A DNA stretch of 64,000 nt from an uncultured Actinomycetota bacterium (GCA_963736325.1 CAVTOG010000002.1:98741-162740); one strand, 5' to 3'. Counted from the first letter of the stretch, positions 21,947 through 30,606 are shown. Translations and numbers: made by a program. The notes: generated by a model not told the origin, from the sequence alone.

Positions 21947-21984
21947 CGCGAGCGGGCCGGCGACCCTCGTACGGCCCGCTCGCG
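21947..21984 (+). terminator. GC-rich hairpin after the propeller gene
   Basis: CGCGAGCGGGCCG-12nt-CGGCCCGCTCGCG. Confidence 0.6.
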
Positions 21985-22102
21985 CCAGGGCGGCTCACGT
22001 TTGCTACCCCTCAGTAGGCATAGGCGGGGGCACGCAGTAGCCTGCGAATCGGGCATCACCGGTAGATGTGCCCGTCCCCGATCGACACGAGGGAGACCCA
22101 CC

Positions 22103-23323
22103 ATGCCTGAGGCTGTGATCGTCGCGACCGCTCGCTCTCCGATCGGGCGGGCGTTCAAGGGATCGCTCAAAGAGCTGCGTCCCGACGACCTGACCGCGCG
22201 GATCGTGAAGACCGCACTCGACCAGGTGCCCCAGCTCGCCCCTGACGACATCGACGATCTGCTTCTCGGCTGTGGCCTGCCGGGCGGTGAGCAGGGGTAC
22301 AACATGGCGCGGATCGTCGCCGTGCTGCTCGGGTGGGACAACGTTCCCGGCGCGACCGTCACGCGTTACTGCTCCTCCTCGCTCCAAACCACCCGCATGG
22401 CCTTCCACGCGATCAAGGCCGGCGAGGCCGACGTGATCGTTTCGGCCGGGGTCGAGATGGTGAGCAGGTTCGCCAAGGGCAGCAGTGACGGGCTTCCCGA
22501 CACCAAGAACCCTCTGTTCGAGGAGGCCACGGCCCGTACGGAGAGACGTGCCGAGGGCGGAGCGGCCTCCTGGACGGACCCTCGCGAGACGAACGACCTT
22601 CCCGACGTCTACATCGCGATGGGCCAGACCGCGGAGAACGTCGCCGAGTCGCGCGGCATCACGCGCCAGGATCAGGACGAGTTCGGCGTACGTTCGCAAA
22701 ACCTCGCCGAGCAGGCCATCGCGAAGGGCTTCTTCGAGCGCGAGATCACGCCCGTCGAGCTGCCCGACGGCACGGTGGTCTCCACGGACGACGGGCCGCG
22801 CGCCGGCACCACGTACGAGAAGGTCTCCGGCCTCAAGCCGTCCTTCCGGCCCGACGGCACGATCACGGCCGGCAACTGCTGTCCGCTCAACGACGGCGCC
22901 GCCGCGCTGGTCGTCATGAGCGACACGAAGGCCGCCGAGCTCGGCATCACCCCCCTCGCGCGCATCGTGTCCACCGGCGTCACCGGGCTGTCTCCGGAGA
23001 TCATGGGGCTCGGGCCGGTCGAGGCGTCACGGCGGGCGCTGAAGCTCGCGGGCCTCACCATCGACGACATCGACCTCGTCGAGATCAACGAGGCGTTCGC
23101 CGCGCAGGTGATCCCGTCCTACCGCGAGCTCGGCATCGACATCGACCGCCTCAACGTCAACGGCGGCGCGATCGCGCTCGGCCACCCGTTCGGAATGACC
23201 GGCGCGCGCATCGCGGGAACACTGATCAACGGCCTCCGGTTCCACGACAAGACCATGGGTCTGGAGACCATGTGCGTCGGCGGCGGCCAAGGCATGGCAA
23301 TGATCTTGGAACGCCTCAGCTGA
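22103..23323 (+). CDS. acetyl-CoA C-acetyltransferase (thiolase)
   Basis: RYCSSS, NDGAAA, EINEAFAAQ, GGAIALGHPFG and TMCVGGGQG; GAGGGAG RBS. Confidence 0.95.
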   Translation: MPEAVIVATARSPIGRAFKGSLKELRPDDLTARIVKTALDQVPQLAPDDIDDLLLGCGLPGGEQGYNMARIVAVLLGWDNVPGATVTRYCSSSLQTTRMAFHAIKAGEADVIVSAGVEMVSRFAKGSSDGLPDTKNPLFEEATARTERRAEGGAASWTDPRETNDLPDVYIAMGQTAENVAESRGITRQDQDEFGVRSQNLAEQAIAKGFFEREITPVELPDGTVVSTDDGPRAGTTYEKVSGLKPSFRPDGTITAGNCCPLNDGAAALVVMSDTKAAELGITPLARIVSTGVTGLSPEIMGLGPVEASRRALKLAGLTIDDIDLVEINEAFAAQVIPSYRELGIDIDRLNVNGGAIALGHPFGMTGARIAGTLINGLRFHDKTMGLETMCVGGGQGMAMILERLS

Positions 23324-23333
23324 ACCCTTTGTG

Positions 23334-23368
23334 ACGGGTCCCGGCCTGGGTGGCCGGCCGGGACCCGT
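23334..23368 (+). terminator. hairpin terminator after the thiolase gene
   Basis: ACGGGTCCCGGCC-9nt-GGCCGGGACCCGT. Confidence 0.7.
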
Positions 23369-23571
23369 GGCCGAACGGTCACGCATCGGGGCAGGTCGGT
23401 CAGGGTTTCTGCCACCCTCGGAAGTGGTGTCACCCCCGACTCGGACGTCGGGACGATGAGTCATGGATGATCTACTTGCAGTAACAGGAAAGGTCCCCCT
23501 GAGGGGGTTGTGCGATTGGGATCGCTGTTGCAGAGTCGTCACCAAGCAGCACGCCCAGCCAGGAGGTGCCT

Positions 23572-23799
23572 ATGTCCCTGAACCACTCACCGGAGACGCA
23601 CAAGAATCTCATCGCACGAATCCCCAAAGTCACAGGACGTGACCTCCCCGAGTGGTTCCAGGCCATAGATGACGGCCCTTCGTTCTTGCGATGCGACGAG
23701 AGGGTCAACTGGCTGGCGGACGAGCACGGGCTTTCCCACGGCTACGCTTCGGCGCTCGTCCACGAGCACGAGCTGCACCGCCGCGCCGTCCGGTTCTAA
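23572..23799 (+). CDS. DUF4287-domain small protein
   Basis: HSPETHKNLIARIP..TGR...W and WLADEHGLSHGYASALVHE; AGGAGG RBS. Confidence 0.85.
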   Translation: MSLNHSPETHKNLIARIPKVTGRDLPEWFQAIDDGPSFLRCDERVNWLADEHGLSHGYASALVHEHELHRRAVRF

Positions 23800-23806
23800 C
23801 CGCGCC

Positions 23807-24217
23807 GTGGATCCCAGTCGCGCGCGCGACTTCATCGGCAAGCACCCTCGCGCGGTCATGGTCACCCACCACGCCGACGGCCGCCCGCAGACGTCACCCG
23901 TTCTGTGCGCCGTCGACGACATGGGCCGGATCATCGTCAGCACGCGCGAGACGGCAGTGAAGACCAAAAACCTCCTGCGCAACCCCCATGTGACGTTCTG
24001 CGTCATCACGGACGCGTTCTTCGGCGCTTGGACACAGGTCGACGGCGAGGCCGAGGTCATCCATCTGCCCGAGGCCATGGAGCCGCTCGTCGACTACTAC
24101 CGGAAACTCTCCGGAGAACACTCCGACTGGGATGACTATCGCGCGGCCATGGAGCGCGACCGGCGCGTGCTCGTCCGTGTGGCGATCACCCACGCCGGCC
24201 CCGACTTCCAGGGCTGA
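23807..24217 (+). CDS. PPOX-class F420-dependent oxidoreductase
   Basis: DGRPQTSPV, STRETAVKTKNLLRNP and GEHSDWDDYRAAM..DRRVL. Confidence 0.88.
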   Translation: MDPSRARDFIGKHPRAVMVTHHADGRPQTSPVLCAVDDMGRIIVSTRETAVKTKNLLRNPHVTFCVITDAFFGAWTQVDGEAEVIHLPEAMEPLVDYYRKLSGEHSDWDDYRAAMERDRRVLVRVAITHAGPDFQG

Positions 24218-24227
24218 CACACACCGC

Positions 24228-24258
24228 CAACGCCCCCGGCAGGACTTCGGGGGCGTTG
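24228..24258. terminator. hairpin terminator between convergent genes
   Basis: CAACGCCCCCG-9nt-CGGGGGCGTTG. Confidence 0.7.
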
Positions 24259-24272
24259 CCGTGCGGGCCGCG

Positions 24273-25019
24273 TCAGTCGCGGCCGGTGAAGTACGACAGG
24301 AAGCGCAGCAGCTCCAGGTAGATCCACACCAGGCTCAGGGTGAGCCCGAACGCGGCCATCCACGCCATCTTCTCCGGCGCTCCCGAGCGGACCCCGTCCT
24401 CGATCGACCGGAAGTCCAGCAGCAGGTAGAGGCAGCCGACCGCGATCGCGACGAGGCTGAACAGGACGCCGATCGGGCCGTGTTCGCGGATGCCGATGCC
24501 GCCGACGTGGAAGATCGAGACCAGCAGGTTGAGGAGCATCAGGCCGACGAGCGCCAGCCCGGCCGCGATGACGAACCGGACGAACGCGGGTGTCACCCGG
24601 ACGATCCGCAGCGCGTAGACGGTGAGCATAGAGCCGAACGCCAGCCCGGTGCCGATCACCGCCTGCATCACGACCCCGTGGTAGAGGTCGTTGTAGATGT
24701 GGCTGATGAGGCCGACCGCGACGCCGTACGAGGCCGCGAAGCCGAGCACGAGCGCCGGGTTGACCTTGCGGCCGAACGTCACGATCGCCCAGAAGACCAG
24801 GCCGACGACGACCGCGAGGATCGCGATGCCGCCCATGAGGCGCTCGGGGACGAAGACCCACGCGAGCGCGCCTGCCGCGGTGAGCGTGGCGAGTGTGAGG
24901 AAGGATCGGACCACGACGTCGTCGATGGTCATGGTCCGCGCCGCCGGGGCGTACAAGGCGGCGCCGGGGTGCCGCGCGAAGGCGCCGCGCCGGGCGAAGA
25001 CCGGGTTGCTGCTCTCCAT
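24273..25019 (-). CDS. Bax inhibitor-1/YccA family membrane protein
   Basis: MESSNPVF, MTIDDVV and LLLDF..IEDG...W.AAFGLTLSLVWIYLELLR. Confidence 0.9.
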   Translation of the reverse strand: MESSNPVFARRGAFARHPGAALYAPAARTMTIDDVVVRSFLTLATLTAAGALAWVFVPERLMGGIAILAVVVGLVFWAIVTFGRKVNPALVLGFAASYGVAVGLISHIYNDLYHGVVMQAVIGTGLAFGSMLTVYALRIVRVTPAFVRFVIAAGLALVGLMLLNLLVSIFHVGGIGIREHGPIGVLFSLVAIAVGCLYLLLDFRSIEDGVRSGAPEKMAWMAAFGLTLSLVWIYLELLRFLSYFTGRD

Positions 25020-25161
25020 GGGAGCCCTCCGAGGTTTCCTGTGTCCCTATGACGACCGGCCACCCCGTGGGGTTCCCAGGCGTCCTAGAGTGGCACACCT
25101 CGATGCAGGTACGGGTTGGACCAAAGCGGTCGGACCCACACTTGACCTCTGTCAAGACCGG

Positions 25162-25236
25162 TGCCCCCGGTCGGAGTCGAACCGACACAAACGACTCTTT
25201 TAGGGAGTCTGCCTCTGCCTGTTGGGCTACGGGGGC
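25162..25236 (-). tRNA. tRNA-Leu(UAA), in the position of Streptomyces bldA; CCA not encoded
   Basis: Cloverleaf GCCCCCG/CGGGGGC-A; D arm GCC..GGC; anticodon stem GACTC/GAGTC with loop CC-TAA-AA; T arm GTCGG-TTCGACT-CCGAC. Confidence 0.92.
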
Positions 25237-25242
25237 GCCGTA

Positions 25243-25248
25243 ATCATA
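25243..25248 (-). promoter_or_regulatory. -10 element (TATGAT) of the tRNA-Leu promoter
   Basis: Minus strand reads ggTATGATtacggc-GCCCCCG, with AT-rich sequence further upstream (25290-25320). Confidence 0.6.
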
Positions 25249-25335
25249 CCGGCACCACGCCAATAGCGGACCGCTACGTAAATGCGGTCAGGAATTCATA
25301 TTACTGCTAGAACATAATTCGAACCCGAAGCGCGT

Positions 25336-26670
25336 TCAGTGTTTCTTGGTCGCCAGCTCGAACTCCTCGCGTGGATGCTCAAGGGACGATCCGAGCGAAA
25401 CCACCTCGCGTTTGAAGAAGAGTGCCAAGGTCCAGTCGGCAGTGACCCTCGCCTTACGGTTCAAGGTCGGCATCCTGGACAGGTGATAGGTGCGGTGCAT
25501 GAACCATGCGATGATTCCGCGCAACTTGATCCCATAGATCTGCGCAACACCTTTGTGGAGGCCAAGACTGGCCACAGATCCGGCATAGGCGTGTTTGTAC
25601 GGTGTGAGCGACTTACCTCGCAACGATGCGACAACATTGTCGCCAAGGACCTTGGCCTGCCGTACCGCATGCTGGGCGTTGGGGGCGCAGAACTCTCCCG
25701 GTTTGGTGAGGTCTGGAACCGCCGCTATATCACCTGCGGTGAACGCGTTTTGTACGCCGTAAACAGTCAGTTCGGCGGTCGCTTTGACCCTTCCCTTATC
25801 ATCGACAGGAAGATCGGTCGTCTTGACAACCGGATTCGGCTTGACTCCCGCGGTCCAAACGAGAGTTCCCGCACCGAACTCCTCGCCGTCACTGAGCACG
25901 AGGTGACCGCCCTCGGCCGACTTGAGCATCGTCTTCAGCCGGACGTCGATGCCGCGCCCCCGCAACGCCTCGACCGTCCACCTGCCCATGTCCGGGCCGA
26001 CCTCGGGCAGGATGTGGTCGCTCGCCTCGACGAGCACCCACCGCATCTCCGAGGGATCCACGTTCGGGTAGTACGCACAGGCGTCGCGCGCCATGTCCTC
26101 CAGCTCCGCGAGAGCCTCCACACCCGCGTACCCACCGCCGACGAACACGAAGGTCAGCGCGTGCCGCCGGGTCTCCTCGTCGGTCGTGGAGGCCGCGATG
26201 TCGAGCTGCGTGAGCACCTGGTTGCGAAGGTAGATCGCCTCGGCGACGGTCTTGAACCCGATGCCATGCTCGGCCAGGCCGGGGATCGGCAGCGTCCTGG
26301 AGATCGAGCCCGCGCAGAACACCAGGTCGTCGTACGGGACGGTGCGCGTCTCGGGCGGCCCGTCGACACTGCCCCTGCCGAGAACCTCCACGGTCGCCGT
26401 ACGGCCGGCGTGGTCGATGCCGGTTACGCGGCCGTTGAGGATGTCCACCTTCGGCAGCACCCTCCGGAGCGAGACCACGACGTGCCGCGGCTCCAGGTTG
26501 CCGGCCGCCGCCTCCGGCAGGAACGGCTGATAGGTCATGTACGACCGCGGGTCGACGAGGGTGACCCGCAGCTCCCCCGAGGCGATCGCCCGGCGCATCT
26601 TCCGCTGCAGCCGGAGCGCGGTGTACATGCCGACGTAGCCGCCGCCGACGATGAGTACGTGGTGTGACAT
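25336..26670 (-). CDS. ndh: type II NADH dehydrogenase-like FAD-dependent oxidoreductase
   Basis: IVGGGYVG, YQPFLPEAAAG, FVGGGYAGVE, WTAG and AGDIA...APNAQHAVRQ. Upstream Rex-type operator; start could alternatively be 26688. Confidence 0.88.
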   Translation of the reverse strand: MSHHVLIVGGGYVGMYTALRLQRKMRRAIASGELRVTLVDPRSYMTYQPFLPEAAAGNLEPRHVVVSLRRVLPKVDILNGRVTGIDHAGRTATVEVLGRGSVDGPPETRTVPYDDLVFCAGSISRTLPIPGLAEHGIGFKTVAEAIYLRNQVLTQLDIAASTTDEETRRHALTFVFVGGGYAGVEALAELEDMARDACAYYPNVDPSEMRWVLVEASDHILPEVGPDMGRWTVEALRGRGIDVRLKTMLKSAEGGHLVLSDGEEFGAGTLVWTAGVKPNPVVKTTDLPVDDKGRVKATAELTVYGVQNAFTAGDIAAVPDLTKPGEFCAPNAQHAVRQAKVLGDNVVASLRGKSLTPYKHAYAGSVASLGLHKGVAQIYGIKLRGIIAWFMHRTYHLSRMPTLNRKARVTADWTLALFFKREVVSLGSSLEHPREEFELATKKH

Positions 26671-26714
26671 ACCGGATGCGGTACCCATGACACTCTCCCG
26701 AAACGAGCGAGACT

Positions 26715-26732
26715 TTGTGAAAGTTTTCACGA
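26715..26732. promoter_or_regulatory. Rex operator (ROP)
   Basis: TTGTGAA-AGTT-TTCACGA matches TTGTGAAN4TTCACAA with one mismatch, upstream of ndh. A weaker TGTGAACCCGATCACC lies at 26783-26798. Confidence 0.8.
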
Positions 26733-27039
26733 GCTTCGTGTCCACGGTACTCCGGCGGACCTCGGCGCGGAGGATCACCCCATGTGAACCCGATCACCTC
26801 CGAACCAGTCGGGGACATCTCGCGTCATAGCTGTCGGGAAGCGGGAGAACGAAGCTGTGGGCAGGGCACGGGGGCGTCCAGAGGAAGCGGGGGCTCCACT
26901 GGGCACCCTCCTGCCCACTGCACCGCTCCCGCCGACACAACGGCCCGCCGCGGGCATGAGGGGACCGCAGGCAGACCGGAATCGCAGAGCCCAACCACCT
27001 GAGACCGAAGCACCGAGATCAGGCCTAGCCCAGGATCAG

Positions 27040-27385
27040 ACGTCCCGGAACCGGCAGACCGAAGTCGTGCAGACCAAGGTCGGTCCGGACCGGAATCGGG
27101 CCGGACCGAAGTCGGACCGAAGTCGGGCAACCCGGAATCGGACCAGGCCGCTCGGGGAGGCCGGGATCGGAGCAGGCCGCTCGGGGAGGCCGGGATCGGA
27201 GCAGGCCGCTCGGGGAGGCCGGGATCGGAGCAGGCCGAGGTCAGGCCAGGCCCGGGATCGAGACGGATGGAGATCGGACCAGACCGGAGTCAGGCCGGGT
27301 CGAGATCGGGCCGGGATCGGATCGGGCCGGACCGAGATCGGGCCAGGTCGGGATTAGGGGCCAGGCCGAGATCAAGCCGGGCCGG
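27040..27385. repeat. intergenic tandem/degenerate repeat region
   Basis: Three exact 29-bp copies of CAGGCCGCTCGGGGAGGCCGGGATCGGAG (27144-27230) plus a partial copy, flanked by degenerate GG(A/G)CCG(G/A)(G/A)(A/G)TC units. Confidence 0.9.
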
Positions 27386-28196
27386 GGGTGGGCAGGCCGG
27401 ACAAAGTGCGGGCTCGGGTGAAGACGGCGTCGAGCATCGGCTCGGTGACGCGGCCGGTGAAGGTGTTCTGCTGGCTTGGGTGGTAGCAGCCCAGGAGGGT
27501 CACCGGCTCGCCGTCCGGGGCGGTCGCCGGGATTTCGGCTCCGTGGCCGAAGGGCGCGCGTGGTGATGGCAGCGTGTAGCCGGCCTGCTTGAGGGCCGGC
27601 CACAGGGCCTGCCAGCCGTACCCGCCGAGGACGACGATCGCCCGGGTCGAGGCGGCGACGAACTTCAGCTCCTCGACCAGCCATGGGGAACACGCGTCGC
27701 GTTCGGCCGGGGTCGGCTTGTTGCCGGGCGGCGCGCAGCGTACCGGGGCGAGCATGCGGGCGCCCAGCAGGCGCTGGCCGTCGCCGGCGTGCACGCTCGT
27801 CGGGATCGCGGCCAGGCCCACGCGGTGGAGCGAGGCGAACAGCCAGTCACCGCTGCGGTCACCGGTGAAGATCCGCCCCGTACGGTTGCCGCCGTGCGCG
27901 GCGGGCGCGAGCCCGACGATGAGCACCCGCGGCTCCGGGTCGCCCCAGCCCGCGACCGGCCGCCCCCAGTACTCCTCGTCCGCGAAGGCACGGCGGCGTT
28001 CGACCGCGACCCGTTCCCGCCACTCGACGAGCCGCGGACAGGCACGGCACACGGACTGACGCGCGACGAGCTCCCCGAGGTCGGGAGCCCCCTCCGCGAG
28101 CCGACGTACACCCGCGGCGTCGCCGGCGACAGGCGTGCCGGGCGTGGCGGGGTCACCGGGCCAGCCGCTCCCAGGCGGGACGTACGGGGCGTTCAC
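27372..28196 (-). CDS. udgB: uracil-DNA glycosylase family 5 (UdgB-like, Fe-S)
   Basis: [40 protein letters not shown]...C and [11 protein letters not shown]. Confidence 0.92.
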   Translation of the reverse strand: MNAPYVPPGSGWPGDPATPGTPVAGDAAGVRRLAEGAPDLGELVARQSVCRACPRLVEWRERVAVERRRAFADEEYWGRPVAGWGDPEPRVLIVGLAPAAHGGNRTGRIFTGDRSGDWLFASLHRVGLAAIPTSVHAGDGQRLLGARMLAPVRCAPPGNKPTPAERDACSPWLVEELKFVAASTRAIVVLGGYGWQALWPALKQAGYTLPSPRAPFGHGAEIPATAPDGEPVTLLGCYHPSQQNTFTGRVTEPMLDAVFTRARTLSGLPTPGPA

Positions 28197-28381
28197 GCTC
28201 AGACCTCCGGATCAGACTCGACGGCACATACGTACACGAGAACCGGGACGGCTTCAGGCACGCGACATGCTCCACGCCCGAACCAACATGCGCGAGCGGC
28301 CGAGAACACGCCCGCCACCGTCCTGAACGATCGGCGCAGGGCGGTGTGGGCGGGTGTTGAGGTTTCGGTCGGGTTTGTCGG

Positions 28382-29398
28382 TCAGGTCAGGGACCAGGCG
28401 ATGCCGTCGAGGATGTCGTGTTCGCTCACGACGATGTCGGCGAAGCCGTACTCGCGCATGATGCGGTCGAGGATGAGGGCGCCCGCGCCGATGACGTCGA
28501 CGCGGCCGGGGTGCATGACGCCGATGGCGGCGCGTTCCGCGTGGTCGGCGTGGAGGAGCATCCGGGTCACGTCGTGGACCTGGCGGGCCTTGATGCGGGA
28601 CAGGTGGAGACGCTCGGGGTCGTACTCCGGCAGGTCGAGGGCGATGCCGGCGACCGTCGCCACCGAGCCTGCCAGGCCGACCAGGGTCTTGGCCTGATCC
28701 ACCGGGACGACCGGCTCGTTCGGGGGCGGAGGTGGCGGCTCGCTGCCGGGTGGGTGGACGATCGTGGCGGCGTCGGCGCCTCGGGGCGGCAACGGTGCTC
28801 CGCTGCGTACGGCCGCCAGGGCGGCGTCGATGTCGGCCACGGCCGAGGCGACCTGTTCGGGTGAGGGCGGATCGGAGCGCAGGTGGCGTTCGGTCATGCG
28901 GACGCAGCCGATGTCGACCGATCGGGAGGCCTCGACGCCGCTGGTGCCGAGGACGAACTCGGTGGACCCGCCGCCGATGTCGACGACCAGGTACGGGCGC
29001 ATGGGGCGCAGGGCGGCCAGGTCGCGTGTCGCGCCGGCGAAGGAGAGCTGGGCCTCCTCCGCGCCGGTGACCACCTCGGGCTCGACGCCGAAGATCTCGA
29101 CGACGCCGCGTACGAAGTCGTCGCGGTTGGCGGCGTCGCGGGTGGCGCTGGTCGCCACGACGCGGACCTTCTCGACGTCGTGGCCGTTGATGAGCTTGGC
29201 GAAGCCTCGCATGGCGGTGAACGTGCGGTCGAGGGCCTCGGGTGCGAGGCGTCCGGTCTCGTCGACGCCCTGCCCCAGCCGCACGATCTCCATGCGGCGT
29301 TCGAGGTCGGTCAGGTGCCCGTCGGCGATGTCGGCGATCAGCAGCCGGACCGAGTTGGTACCGCAGTCGACCGCGGCCACGCGCGTGGGTGTGCTCAC
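28382..29398 (-). CDS. ppx: Ppx/GppA exopolyphosphatase
   Basis: AVDCGTNSVRL, ATSATRDA, GAEEA, DIGGGSTE, GRVDVI and VSEHDILDG. Confidence 0.93.
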   Translation of the reverse strand: MSTPTRVAAVDCGTNSVRLLIADIADGHLTDLERRMEIVRLGQGVDETGRLAPEALDRTFTAMRGFAKLINGHDVEKVRVVATSATRDAANRDDFVRGVVEIFGVEPEVVTGAEEAQLSFAGATRDLAALRPMRPYLVVDIGGGSTEFVLGTSGVEASRSVDIGCVRMTERHLRSDPPSPEQVASAVADIDAALAAVRSGAPLPPRGADAATIVHPPGSEPPPPPPNEPVVPVDQAKTLVGLAGSVATVAGIALDLPEYDPERLHLSRIKARQVHDVTRMLLHADHAERAAIGVMHPGRVDVIGAGALILDRIMREYGFADIVVSEHDILDGIAWSLT

Positions 29399-30054
29399 GA
29401 TTCGTCCGCCTCCCTGCCGGCCTGACCGGCGCGGCCCCCCAAGGATCCCGGTGTACGGGCCGCGCCGCGTATCTCCGGCTCGCTCACTCTTTCCTCCGGC
29501 GAATCCGCCGTTTCAGTGATCATGACAGTTTCTTGACACGGATGACAGATGCCGAGTGAAGTTGGTATGCAGCCGCCGCTTTGCCACCACTCCGGCAAGG
29601 CGTCGAGCGCCTCGCGGCCGAAGGGGTTGGCTCCGGGAACGGCCAGTTCGTGGGCGACCAGAGCGTGCAGGCATTTCACGCGGGCGGGCATTCCGCCGGC
29701 GCTCTGGGTGCCCTCCGCCAGCGGCTCCAGCCCCTGCTCACGCGCGGCGTCGTCGCGGCGGTCGAGGTAGTCGCGGTGCGCGGTCTCGTACGCCTCGGAC
29801 AGGCCGGGCTCGCTCGCCAGGCGCGCGGTCATGTCGCGCATGAGCCCGCTCGCCTCCAGTGTGCCGATGGCGGATGCCGCCTTTGGACAGGTCAGGTAGT
29901 ACAGCGTGGGGAACGGGCTGCCGTCCGCGAGCCGCGGCGCGGTCTCCACCACGTCGGGCGCCCCGCACGGGCAGCGATGCGCGACCGCCCGCAGGCCGCG
30001 CGGCTCTCGGCCGAGCTGCGCCGTCACGGCCGCCACATCGCATTCGTCGATCAC
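29395..30054 (-). CDS. DUF501 domain protein (Rv1025-like)
   Basis: QLGREPRG, CPCG, PRLADGSPFPTLYYLTCP and GGMPARVKCLH. Confidence 0.92.
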   Translation of the reverse strand: MIDECDVAAVTAQLGREPRGLRAVAHRCPCGAPDVVETAPRLADGSPFPTLYYLTCPKAASAIGTLEASGLMRDMTARLASEPGLSEAYETAHRDYLDRRDDAAREQGLEPLAEGTQSAGGMPARVKCLHALVAHELAVPGANPFGREALDALPEWWQSGGCIPTSLGICHPCQETVMITETADSPEERVSEPEIRGAARTPGSLGGRAGQAGREADES

Positions 30055-30127
30055 CGGTGCCCCTCCGGATGGCCGCAGCCGACAGTGTCGCCGACAAAGC
30101 TAAGCGTGAGCTGCAAGATCATGTGAG

Positions 30128-30595
30128 TCAGCGGCGCCGATCGGCCGCGTCGACCGAGTGCCAGAGTGTGACGTACCACGGCGGTGTCGCGGGTGCGGCC
30201 TTGTGGCTCGCCTCCTGGCCGCCCTCCTGGTCGCCGCCGAGCACGACGTAGCACTTCGCGCCCGGGTCGCACATGTGGAGCCTGCGCCTGGCCTCACGCC
30301 GGACGTAGGACTCGTCGCCGAGCCGTTGCTTCTGCAGGGCGAGCTGCTGGACCTGCTGCTGCGCCTGCCGCTGCTGAACGCGCAGCTGGGCGATCTCGCG
30401 GCGCTGCGCGATGTACTCGCGTACGGGATAGGCGAGGCTGAGCGCGATCGCGCAGGCGACGACCGCCAGGATCGCGGCGCGGCTCGTCAGGTGAGCGCGC
30501 CGCAGCTCCTTGGCGTCCGCCTCCGTGTCGGGCACCGGCCGGCGTCTGTCGTTCGGCGCCGGCCGTTTGTCCGTCGCACGCTTGTCCTCGGCCAT
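30128..30595 (-). CDS. ftsB: septum formation initiator FtsB/DivIC
   Basis: Single TM helix, coiled coil and YVRREARRRL..DPG; located downstream of eno. Confidence 0.88.
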   Translation of the reverse strand: MAEDKRATDKRPAPNDRRRPVPDTEADAKELRRAHLTSRAAILAVVACAIALSLAYPVREYIAQRREIAQLRVQQRQAQQQVQQLALQKQRLGDESYVRREARRRLHMCDPGAKCYVVLGGDQEGGQEASHKAAPATPPWYVTLWHSVDAADRRR

Positions 30596-30606
30596 GAGTA
30601 CGGGCT

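Noticed and set aside
22003-22018. CTAC-N6-GTAG dyad upstream of the thiolase gene as a fatty-acid regulon operator
   Set aside because: The arms are only 4 bp and there is one clear copy, which is too weak to call without a motif search.
25020-25161. Integrative element or att site at the tRNA 3' end
   Set aside because: No integrase and no duplicated tRNA 3' end seen; the downstream gene is the usual backbone Bax-inhibitor gene.
25198-25205. Reading the tRNA anticodon as CUA (amber suppressor/pyrrolysine-like)
   Set aside because: That register supports only two stem base pairs. The perfect 5-bp GACTC/GAGTC stem centres UAA, and the body and location match Leu(UAA).
25339-26667. 442-aa ORF antisense to ndh, and many similar long antisense or frame-shifted ORFs (e.g. 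9216..10982, 12886..14610, 42871..44658, 42956..45043)
   Set aside because: Expected shadow ORFs in about 70% GC DNA; they overlap well-supported genes and show no motifs.
27144-27237. 29-bp direct repeats as a CRISPR array
   Set aside because: The copies are head-to-tail with no spacers, and no cas genes are in the window.
26857-27357. 166-aa Arg/Gly-rich ORF over the repeat region
   Set aside because: Low-complexity translation of a repeat whose unit is not a multiple of 3; no RBS or family motifs.
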